From an uncultured Candidatus Saccharimonadales bacterium (GTDB lineage: Bacteria; Patescibacteriota; Saccharimonadia; UBA4664), in NCBI GenBank assembly GCA_964609585.1, contig CAZSRA010000001.1, forward strand, positions 156,697 to 220,696: a stretch of 64,000 bases of DNA, read 5' to 3'. The position numbers and the translations under genes were made by a program. Shown here piece after piece: positions 56,006 to 64,000 of this stretch; the first letter of the stretch is position 1; every line of letters begins with the position of its first letter. A model generated the notes under the pieces. It was not told where the DNA came from, searched no databases, and worked only from the letters and a program-made list of their open reading frames with translations.

Positions 56006-59000
56006 CATACTCCTGCCAGGATTTGATTGGGACGTTTTCAAGCTTGATCTCGCTTAAGGCACGCAAGAGGATGACGCCGATTTCGGCATTGGTGACGAGC
56101 GGAATGTGGTTGTCGATGGCGAGGCGGCGGATGTCGCGGGCGTCAGCGTCGTCTTTGGTGCTCGAAGGGATGTTGATCATGAGGTTGATGTGGTGAGCGG
56201 CGATAGCGGTTTGGACGGTAGGCTCTTTGTGCTCGCGGAGTTTATATAGGGGTTCCGAGGCGATGCCGTGAGCTTTTAAATAAGCGTGAGTACCGACGGT
56301 TGTGTAGATGTGCCAACCGGCGTCAGCAACCCGAGCGGCTGCCTCGGTGATTTTGGCTTTTTGCTCATCTGGGACGCTCAGGAACAAACGTTTGCCGACT
56401 AGGGGTTGGTCGGTGGAGAGCCAGGAATTGTAGAAGGCTTCGAGTAGGTTTCCGCCAATGCTTGCGACTTCGCCGGTGGAGGCCATTTCTACACCGGCGA
56501 CGGGATCGGCACCTTTGAGGCGGTTGTAGGAGAACTGGGGGCTTTTGACGCCGACGTAATCGAGTTCGAGGGTTTCGTAGTGGGCGGGTTTGTAGGTACC
56601 GAGCATGACTTGGGTTGCGATGGTGATGAAATTGTGGCCAGTGACCTTGGAGACGAACGGGAAGGAGCGGGAAGCGCGGACATTGGTTTCGATTACTTTT
56701 AGGTCATTGTCTTTGGCGATGAATTGAATGTTGAAGGGTCCGGTGACCTTAAGCTCGGCGATGATTTGAGCGGTGATTTTTTTGGCACGGCGGATGGTTT
56801 CCAGATAGAGGCGTTGAGGTGGAAGGACAACAGTGGCATCGCCGGAGTGAATGCCGGCGTTTTCGATGTGCTCGGAAATGGCGGAGATGATGATTTTACC
56901 GCCATTTGCGACGCCGTCGATTTCAAGCTCTTTGGCGCCTTCGATGAAGCGGGAAATCACTACGGGATGGTCGGGCGAGAGTTTAGTAGCGCGGGCGAGA
57001 TAGCCGGCGAGTTCAGTAGGGCCTGTGACGACACTCATGGCCCCGCCGGAAAGCACATAGGAGGGCCGAATGAGTACAGGGTAGCCGACTTTTTTGGCAA
57101 AGGCTTGAGCTTTTTCAAGGGTGGTGACTTCATCCCACTCGGGCTGATCGATGCCGAGACTACCCAGCATGGCCGAGAAATGGCGACGATTTTCGGCTTG
57201 GTCGATGGAGCTGGCAGTGGTGCCTAGGATGTGGTAGCCGGCGTTTGCGAGCGGGACCACGAGGTTGTTGGCGATTTGGCCACCGACCGAAATGATGATG
57301 TCGGCGGGGGTTTCGAAATCGGCGATATCGCTGAGGCGTTCGAGCGTGAGTTCTTCGAAATAAAGGCGATCAGAGCGATTGAAGTCGGTGGAGACGGTTT
57401 CGGGGTTGGAGTTTACGATAATGGTGCGGCGGCCGGATTCGCGCAGCGTGCGGGCAACGCCAACCGCGCACCAATCGAACTCAACGGATGAGCCGATGCA
57501 ATAGGGGCCGGAACCAAGGACAATGACGGGCGTGTCGGACAAGGGTACAACATCATTTTCGGTGCCGTGATAGGTGGTATAGAGGTAGTTGGTGGTGGCG
57601 TCGAATTCGCCGGCTAGGGTGTCGATTTGTTTGATGACGGGTTTGACGCCAAGCCTCAGGCGCAGTGTGCGAATGGTATCTGGGGTGACGCCGGTGAGTT
57701 TTGCGATGGTTTTGTCGGAAAAACCAGCTTGTTTTACGGTGCGCATAAACTCAGGGGTGAGATCGGATGTAGGAATTTGAGCTTCGAGATCTGCGACGCG
57801 CATGAGTTGATGCAAAAACCAAGGGTCGATGCCGGTTTTGGCATGCGCCTCGGTAACGTCGCCGGTGCTTTTGAGATATTCGTAGAGCGCGTAAAGGCGG
57901 TGATCGGTGGCGGGAGCAATTTCTTTGATGGGATCGGGGTAGTCGAAGGGATGGTCGGTGAGGCCATCGGCGCCGGTGTTGGTCATGCGGATGGCTTTTT
58001 GGAGTGCTTCGGGGAAGGAGCGGCCGAGCGCCATGACTTCGCCGACGCTTTTCATTTCGGAGCCAATGGTTCGGTCTGAGGCACCGAGTTTGGTGAGGTC
58101 CCAGCGTGGCATTTTGATGGCGAGGTAGTCGAGAGCTGGCTCGTAAAAGGCGCTCGTGGTGCCGGTGACGCTATTTTTAAGTTCTGGCAAGTTGTAGCCG
58201 AGCATGAGTTTGGCGGCCACAAATGCTAGTGGGTAGCCGGTGGCCTTGGAGGCTAGCGCACTGGAGCGGGATAGGCGGGCGTTTACTTCGATTACACGGT
58301 AATCGCTGGTTTTGGGGTCGAGCGCGTATTGGATGTTGCACTCCCCCACTATGCCGAGGTGGGTGATGGTTTTGATAGCGACTTCGCGCAGGCCATGGTA
58401 TTCGGCATTGGTGAGCGTTTGTGAAGGCGCTACCACGATGCTTTCGCCGGTGTGAATGCCCATGGGGTCGAAGTTTTCCATGTTGCAGACGGTAATAACG
58501 TTGCCGGACGAGTCACGCACGACTTCGTATTCGATTTCTTTCCAGCCGCCGAGGAATTCTTCAATGAGGATTTGTTTGGTAGCTTGGAAGACTTCGGTGG
58601 TGCGTTTTTTGAGTTCGGCTGGGGTGTTGATGCGGCCGGAGCCAAGACCGCCGAGGCTGAAACCTGAACGCATCATAATGGGATAGCCGATTGTAACTGC
58701 GGCTTTCAGCGCTTCTTCAACGCTGTAGGTACTGATGCTGCGGGCGGTGTGGACGCCGATTTGTGTTAGGGCTTCTTTGAATTTTTCGCGGTCTTCGGTG
58801 GTTTCAATAGTGGCAACGGGGGTGCCGAGGACTCGGATATTGTATTGTTTGAGGATACCGCTACTGGCTAGAGCGAGGCCGAGGTTGAGGGCGGTTTGGC
58901 CGCCGAAGCTCAGGGCGATGGCGTCGGGCCGCTCTTTTTCGATGATGCGGGTGACGGCATTTTGGGTGAGGGGCTGAAAATAGACGGTGTCGGCCATATC

Positions 59001-59180
59001 GCCATCGGTTTGAACGGTGGCGATGTTGGGATTGATGAGGACGGTGGTAATTCCCTCTTCTTTCATGGCCATAATGGCTTGAGAGCCGGAATAGTCGAAT
59101 TCACCGGCTTGGCCAATTTTTAAGCCGCCGGAGCCGAGGATGAGAACTTTTTGGGGTTTGGAGGGGTTTTGCGCGTTCAT
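55983..59180 (-). CDS. carB: Carbamoyl-phosphate synthase large subunit
   Basis: 1065 aa with duplicated ATP-grasp halves and MGS-like C-terminus. Confidence 0.95.
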   Translation of the reverse strand: MNAQNPSKPQKVLILGSGGLKIGQAGEFDYSGSQAIMAMKEEGITTVLINPNIATVQTDGDMADTVYFQPLTQNAVTRIIEKERPDAIALSFGGQTALNLGLALASSGILKQYNIRVLGTPVATIETTEDREKFKEALTQIGVHTARSISTYSVEEALKAAVTIGYPIMMRSGFSLGGLGSGRINTPAELKKRTTEVFQATKQILIEEFLGGWKEIEYEVVRDSSGNVITVCNMENFDPMGIHTGESIVVAPSQTLTNAEYHGLREVAIKTITHLGIVGECNIQYALDPKTSDYRVIEVNARLSRSSALASKATGYPLAFVAAKLMLGYNLPELKNSVTGTTSAFYEPALDYLAIKMPRWDLTKLGASDRTIGSEMKSVGEVMALGRSFPEALQKAIRMTNTGADGLTDHPFDYPDPIKEIAPATDHRLYALYEYLKSTGDVTEAHAKTGIDPWFLHQLMRVADLEAQIPTSDLTPEFMRTVKQAGFSDKTIAKLTGVTPDTIRTLRLRLGVKPVIKQIDTLAGEFDATTNYLYTTYHGTENDVVPLSDTPVIVLGSGPYCIGSSVEFDWCAVGVARTLRESGRRTIIVNSNPETVSTDFNRSDRLYFEELTLERLSDIADFETPADIIISVGGQIANNLVVPLANAGYHILGTTASSIDQAENRRHFSAMLGSLGIDQPEWDEVTTLEKAQAFAKKVGYPVLIRPSYVLSGGAMSVVTGPTELAGYLARATKLSPDHPVVISRFIEGAKELEIDGVANGGKIIISAISEHIENAGIHSGDATVVLPPQRLYLETIRRAKKITAQIIAELKVTGPFNIQFIAKDNDLKVIETNVRASRSFPFVSKVTGHNFITIATQVMLGTYKPAHYETLELDYVGVKSPQFSYNRLKGADPVAGVEMASTGEVASIGGNLLEAFYNSWLSTDQPLVGKRLFLSVPDEQKAKITEAAARVADAGWHIYTTVGTHAYLKAHGIASEPLYKLREHKEPTVQTAIAAHHINLMINIPSSTKDDADARDIRRLAIDNHIPLVTNAEIGVILLRALSEIKLENVPIKSWQEYVKPETAK

Positions 59181-60403
59181 AATTTGTCCATAAAATCTTT
59201 AAAGAGCCAGGCGGTGTCGGTGGGTCCTGGAGCGGCTTCGGGGTGGAACTGGACAGCGGAGAAGGGTTTGGTAACGTGAGCGATGCCTTCTACGGAATTG
59301 TCGTTGAGGTTGCGAAAGGTCACGCGCCAGTCGCTCGGGAGAGAGTCTTCGGCTATCGCATAACCATGGTTTTGACTGGTGATGTAGCCGCGGCCAGGCG
59401 AATATCGGAGTTCGCGCACTACGGCGTCGCTGTCTGCGGTTCTCGCGCGCCGTACGTCTGAGTACGTCTTGCTGCGGTCCTCGTCATCTCCTTGCATTGC
59501 ATCAATCTCCGATGTTCGCGCACTAAGCACGGGCTGATTGTGGCCGCGGTGGCCGAAGCGAAGTTTGTAGGTGGTGGCGCCGGCGGCAAGTGCCATGAGC
59601 TGGGTGCCGAGGCAGATGCCGAAGACGGGTTTATTTTGAGACATGGCTTTTTGGAGAACCGCGATGGTTTCCTGGTAATCGGTGGGATCACCGGGTCCGT
59701 TGGAGATAAAGACGCCGTCGTAGGTTTCGGCGGTGTAGTCGTAGTTGTGCGGAACACGTTTTACCGTGAGGCCGAGGCCGGTGAGATGACGCAGGATGTT
59801 CTCTTTCATGCCGCAGTCTACGGCAATGATGGTTTTTGGTTTTCCGGGATTTAAGATTTGCGGTTGGTCGATAGAGACTTTGATAGTTTTGAGCGCGGCG
59901 TTCTCAAGGTTTGGCGCCGTTTCGGAGCTCGAAATAACGCCAGCCATGGTGCCGCGGGTACGCAAGTATTTGGTGAGGGCGCGGGTATCGACACCGGTGA
60001 TAATGGGGACATTTTGTGCGCGGAGCCAGGCACCCAGCGACCTCAGGCTACCTTCGTGGCTCCAATTTTCGGTGAGCTCGCTCACGACGACTCCGCGCAG
60101 ATGGATTTTGGCTGATTCCCAGGTTTCTGGACCGGGCACGCCATAATTGCCAAGCAGTGGGTAGGTGAAGACGAGGATCTGGCCGGCATATGACGGGTCG
60201 GTGAGGGTTTCTACGTATCCGGTCATGCCGGTGTTGAAAACGGTTTCGCCGATGAGGCTGTCGGATTGCCACTCAGGAGCCATTCCTTCATAACTTTGGC
60301 CTCCGGCAAGCACTAATTTGGTGGGTTTTGTCACAAAAAAATCGCCCCCATCGGGACGACCGCTTGCATTTGTAGTTTGAGTTGTGACATCTGGATTTTT
60401 CAC
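59177..60403 (-). CDS. carA: Carbamoyl-phosphate synthase small subunit (glutamine amidotransferase)
   Basis: VFNTGMTGYVETLTDPSYAGQ; GATase triad region GICLGTQ; 4-bp overlap with carB. Confidence 0.9.
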   Translation of the reverse strand: MKNPDVTTQTTNASGRPDGGDFFVTKPTKLVLAGGQSYEGMAPEWQSDSLIGETVFNTGMTGYVETLTDPSYAGQILVFTYPLLGNYGVPGPETWESAKIHLRGVVVSELTENWSHEGSLRSLGAWLRAQNVPIITGVDTRALTKYLRTRGTMAGVISSSETAPNLENAALKTIKVSIDQPQILNPGKPKTIIAVDCGMKENILRHLTGLGLTVKRVPHNYDYTAETYDGVFISNGPGDPTDYQETIAVLQKAMSQNKPVFGICLGTQLMALAAGATTYKLRFGHRGHNQPVLSARTSEIDAMQGDDEDRSKTYSDVRRARTADSDAVVRELRYSPGRGYITSQNHGYAIAEDSLPSDWRVTFRNLNDNSVEGIAHVTKPFSAVQFHPEAAPGPTDTAWLFKDFMDKL

Positions 60404-60769
60404 ACTTTTAAAAGACTAACAAATGTCTTGTGCATGCGCAAGAGGGAATTTTTACAAGTTAATATTACCCACCGTTTGTCTATGATGATTTTTTACCCAC
60501 AAAACCTCATTGTGACACTTTAATAATTATTTTTCTATATATTTATAACATTTTTTGAATTTAAGTTAATACTTATAAACGTAAGCGGTATACGTACAGA
60601 TTTTAGGCCTTCCTCTATATTTAGGAATTAATTAGTGAATTATTTTTATAACCTTGCACTATTGCACGGTTTTTTATTTCCTGTAGGGTTTCGATCTGTG
60701 TGAGACATAACGGTCTTCGGTGGGTGAAATAAGCCAGATGGGCATTTACCCCCGAACCTAAGGAGGTAT

Positions 60770-61411
60770 TTGTTCGTGGGCAAAAGAATCTTTTTAATGC
60801 TAGGGTGTCTGGTGATGATTTCGAGCCTAGCAAGTCCAGTATTTGCTGCGGCAAAACCCCCGAAAGAAACTCTCAAATCAGTAAAACCACAGAAAGCGGC
60901 GTTGGTACCACCGAAAGTTGTGGTGCCGCCACCGAAAATTCACATTGTGGCTAGTGGCGATAGTTTATCGATTATTGCAAGTGAAGAGCAGCTGGATAGC
61001 TGGCGTCCGTTGTGGAATGCCAATCCGAGCTTGGAGAATCCGGATCTGATTTATGCGGGTGAGCAACTGCTGGTGCCGACTGCGCCGGTACCTGATCGTC
61101 CGCTCCCTGGAGGCTCAATCGAGCCAGTGTCGAGTGTTGTGCAGCCTGTGGTTCGGCGGACCGCGCCAGTAAATTATGCTGATGGAGTTAGTGGAATTTT
61201 GGCGCGGGTGCGCATGCGTGAGTCTGGTGGCAATTATGCCACTAATACGGGTAATGGGTACTACGGTGCATATCAATTTAGTCTCGGCACCTGGCGCGGT
61301 GTAGGTGGGAGCGGGCTGCCATCGGACGCAAGCCCGGCTGAGCAAGATATGCGGGCACAAATGCTATATAGCGCTCGGGGATGTAGCCCCTGGCCACATA
61401 CGTGCTACTGA
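60770..61411 (+). CDS. Secreted LysM plus transglycosylase-like (Rpf-like) domain protein
   Basis: Signal peptide; LysM (HIVASGDSLSIIAS...LIYAGEQLLVP); C-terminal RESGGNYATNTGNGYYGAYQFSLGTW; AGGAGG RBS. Confidence 0.7.
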   Translation: MFVGKRIFLMLGCLVMISSLASPVFAAAKPPKETLKSVKPQKAALVPPKVVVPPPKIHIVASGDSLSIIASEEQLDSWRPLWNANPSLENPDLIYAGEQLLVPTAPVPDRPLPGGSIEPVSSVVQPVVRRTAPVNYADGVSGILARVRMRESGGNYATNTGNGYYGAYQFSLGTWRGVGGSGLPSDASPAEQDMRAQMLYSARGCSPWPHTCY

Positions 61412-61464
61412 CAAATCGTCCCGAGTGAGTTTGCACGCGAATGTCTTGTTGCTATCATTAACCT

Positions 61465-61833
61465 ATGAAGGTATATTTATCCCATTCAAGCGGCTACGCA
61501 TACGAACCTGAATTATATGTGCCACTTAAGGCTTCGCTCGCGAAACAATATGACATATTTTTTCCGCATGATGACAAGAATGGGGGTTCGAAATCCAAAG
61601 ATGTTATTGCTAATTGCGATGTAGTCTTAGCTGAGGTGTCGTATCCTTCTACCGGACAAGGCATTGAGTTGGGTTGGGCTGATACATACCATGTTCCCAT
61701 TGTCTGTTTCTACAAGTTTGAATCTAAACTATCGAGTTCGTTGCCATTTATTTCGGATACGTTTCTTGAGTATGAATCGCGCGAAGATATGGTTCAGAAG
61801 CTGGGTGTGTGGTTGGATAAGAATACGCTATGA
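61465..61833 (+). CDS. Nucleoside 2-deoxyribosyltransferase-like / SLOG-fold protein
   Basis: KVYLSHSS...AEVSYPSTGQGIELGWA pattern, reminiscent of the NDT/YtoQ/LOG Rossmann-like family. Confidence 0.4.
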   Translation: MKVYLSHSSGYAYEPELYVPLKASLAKQYDIFFPHDDKNGGSKSKDVIANCDVVLAEVSYPSTGQGIELGWADTYHVPIVCFYKFESKLSSSLPFISDTFLEYESREDMVQKLGVWLDKNTL

Positions 61834-61853
61834 GCAACATTAATAGAGATTTG

Positions 61854-63182
61854 TTACAAGACGTTCACGCCTGCTTTGAATTGGTTGCCGCGGTCCTGAT
61901 AGTTTTTAAACATGTCGAAACTGGCGCAGGCGCAGGATAAGAGCACGACGTCGCCAGGGTGAGCGGTTTTCTGAGCGGTGGCAATAATTTCGGTCATGCT
62001 GGGGCCGTTTGGTTTGACGAGTGAGATGAGGTTTGTGATGCCCTGGGCACGCAAGGCGGCTTCAATTTTGTGCGTAACGGTCGGGAATGCTGAGTTGGTA
62101 GTATTGCCGATGAGGATAACCTGTCGAATGTCGGCGTTTTTAATGGTGGCCGCAAGTTCGTCAAACTTGGTGCCTTTGTCGGAGCCGCCGAGAATGAGAA
62201 CTTTTGGCTGAGTGAAGGCATCAATTGCGACTATGGTAGTTTCGGGGGTGGTGCCAAAGGAATCATCGTAGTATTTGACGCCATCTACTTCGCGCACGAG
62301 TTCGAGGCGATGTTCGAGACCGGAGAAGCTGGTGAGGACGGCTCGTATTGGCTGGACCTCTTGAGTTGCTTGCCAGACGGCAGTGACCGCGGCGCAGGCA
62401 TTTTGCCAGTTGTGTTTGCCGAGGAGTTTGAGATCGTCGGTTGAGCAAATGGTGTGACCATCGATGACTATTTGACCAGCTTCGATGTGAGCTCCGGGTG
62501 AAGCAAAGTATGGCAATTTGGTGCCCGGACTGTGATCTGTAATGCTTTTAGAATAAGGATTGTTCGCTAGGAAAATGGCGATGTCGTCTGGGGTTTGGTG
62601 GCTAAAGAGTTGAGCTTTGGCATTGGTATAATCGGCCATATCACTGTGCCAGTCGAGGTGTTCGGGTGCAATCATCAGGCAGACAGCAATATGGGGACTG
62701 CGGGTAAGGTCGTAGAGCTGAAAACTTGATAGTTCGAGCACGACCCAGCTTTCGGGAGCGAGAGCACTGAGGAATTCGAATGGCGGCAGGCCGATGTTGC
62801 CGCCCGTGAATACCTGTTTGCCAGCGGCCTCGAGCATTTTTGCAATGAGGGTGGTCGTGGTGCCTTTGCCTTTGGTGCCGGTGATGCCGATGATGTTTTT
62901 GGTGGGGCTTATTTTCAAGAATTCGTTGACGAGGGTGGTTATTTTGGCTTTGACACGGGGATTTTTGGCAAGAATGAGGTTTGGATTGACGCCGGGGCTG
63001 CGGACGATGAGATCAAAACCGTCAAGGTCTTCAAGATAGTTTTCTCCGAGTTTGGCGGTGGTGTTTGCTGGCGTCTCAAGGCTCGTGCGCACGTCGCAAA
63101 TGGTGATGTTGGCGTGTTGCGCCTGATAGTATTTTTCGGCCGACTTACCCTCGACGCCGTATCCGATGATGGCAATTTTCAT
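61854..63182 (-). CDS. murD: UDP-N-acetylmuramoylalanine--D-glutamate ligase
   Basis: MKIAIIGYGVEGKS N-terminus; GITGTKGKGTTT P-loop. Confidence 0.9.
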   Translation of the reverse strand: MKIAIIGYGVEGKSAEKYYQAQHANITICDVRTSLETPANTTAKLGENYLEDLDGFDLIVRSPGVNPNLILAKNPRVKAKITTLVNEFLKISPTKNIIGITGTKGKGTTTTLIAKMLEAAGKQVFTGGNIGLPPFEFLSALAPESWVVLELSSFQLYDLTRSPHIAVCLMIAPEHLDWHSDMADYTNAKAQLFSHQTPDDIAIFLANNPYSKSITDHSPGTKLPYFASPGAHIEAGQIVIDGHTICSTDDLKLLGKHNWQNACAAVTAVWQATQEVQPIRAVLTSFSGLEHRLELVREVDGVKYYDDSFGTTPETTIVAIDAFTQPKVLILGGSDKGTKFDELAATIKNADIRQVILIGNTTNSAFPTVTHKIEAALRAQGITNLISLVKPNGPSMTEIIATAQKTAHPGDVVLLSCACASFDMFKNYQDRGNQFKAGVNVL

Positions 63183-63245
63183 AATGATGATTATACATCG
63201 ATTTCTGGTTTGACTGTCGCTAGTAATTGTGGCATTGTAGTTGTG

Positions 63246-63998
63246 ATGAATGTTGAGCTAAAAAATAATCGGGTAGTGGCGATCGACGGCGGCACGGCTA
63301 CGGGCAAGGGTCGACTTATAGATGAGCTGGCGCAGCTGCTTCGAGGCAAGGGCGTGCCGGTGATTCATGCTTCTACGGGTTCCCTTTACCGAGCCGTGGC
63401 GTATGTCGCGATCGAGGCGGCGTCGATGGATGTGGAAAACAAAGATAGCTTGAGTGCGTCCGAAATTAGCCATAAGGCTCTAGTATTAGTGCGCGAAATG
63501 AGCTCAGAGCGTTTGCTTGAGCTTGCTTTCGCGCGGCGCATTGAGATGCACGGCGGGGCGGTGTGGATTGACGGTACTGCGGCCGATGTGGATGGGCAAC
63601 TGAAGGCGCCGGCCGTGGGGATAGGAGCATCAATTGTGGGCGGGGTGCTTCCGGTGCGACATTTGGTGAATGATATAACAAGACGCCAGATTAATGAGTT
63701 TGATGGTTTTGCGCTCATTGATGGGCGCGATATTGGTCATGGAGTGGTGCCGGACGCTCCGCTGAAGCTTTTGCTGGTGGTGGCACCAGAAGTGGCTGCT
63801 ACTCGGTCGCGGGAGCACACGCTGGAAGAGATTGTGGCCCGGGATCATAATGATAGGTCGCGCGCTTTTGGTCAGCTGCGGCATGCCGACGATCCGGGCG
63901 AAGGGGTGATCGTTGTGTCGACGGATCATCATACGCCGGAATCGTTGCGCGATGAGGTGTTTGAGCTGATGCGGGGAGTGTTTCCGGGTCTGTCGTAA
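63246..63998 (+). CDS. cmk: Cytidylate kinase
   Basis: VAIDGGTATGKG P-loop and CMP-binding pattern; ORF ends at the window end with a stop codon. Confidence 0.8.
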   Translation: MNVELKNNRVVAIDGGTATGKGRLIDELAQLLRGKGVPVIHASTGSLYRAVAYVAIEAASMDVENKDSLSASEISHKALVLVREMSSERLLELAFARRIEMHGGAVWIDGTAADVDGQLKAPAVGIGASIVGGVLPVRHLVNDITRRQINEFDGFALIDGRDIGHGVVPDAPLKLLLVVAPEVAATRSREHTLEEIVARDHNDRSRAFGQLRHADDPGEGVIVVSTDHHTPESLRDEVFELMRGVFPGLS

Positions 63999-64000
63999 TT

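Noticed and set aside
1-64000. CRISPR arrays, rRNA genes, or large interspersed repeats
   Set aside because: No regularly spaced direct repeats or rRNA-like conserved stretches were found on reading either strand. The only tandem repeat is the PT-linker-coding hexamer.

Overview
Dense, mostly minus-strand bacterial chromosomal segment (medium GC), with a cell envelope resembling monoderm (Gram-positive-type) bacteria: an LPXTG sortase substrate, an ftsE-ftsX-pcsB-like module, class A PBP and S11 D-Ala-D-Ala carboxypeptidase. Most genes are housekeeping, among them rpmA, pyrG, prfB, topA, cfa, DEAD-box helicase, dus, dprA, pth, der, rluB, scpA/scpB, carA/carB, ribE/ribH, murD and cmk, with a two-component system and an ECF sigma/anti-sigma pair interspersed. 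The most unusual region (about 41.5-46.8 kb) begins at a tRNA-Glu(CUC). It holds a frameshifted and 3'-truncated serine recombinase gene, an AT-rich spacer with palindromes, and a mosaic island of small hypothetical genes, some of them GC-rich. One of these encodes an acidic C-terminal tail ending ...DIPF, like the tip of bacterial SSB; another is a cold-shock-domain fusion protein. The island is flanked by a marR-regulated heterodimeric ABC exporter operon. Other oddities are several high-GC ORFs embedded in lower-GC DNA, a GC-rich noncoding element about 300 bp long with a direct repeat, a membrane-anchored Clp/Hsp100 ATPase co-transcribed with a small membrane protein, tandem half-size asparaginase-like paralogs, and a frameshifted HAD hydrolase. 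No CRISPR array or rRNA was seen. Taxonomic assignment is uncertain.
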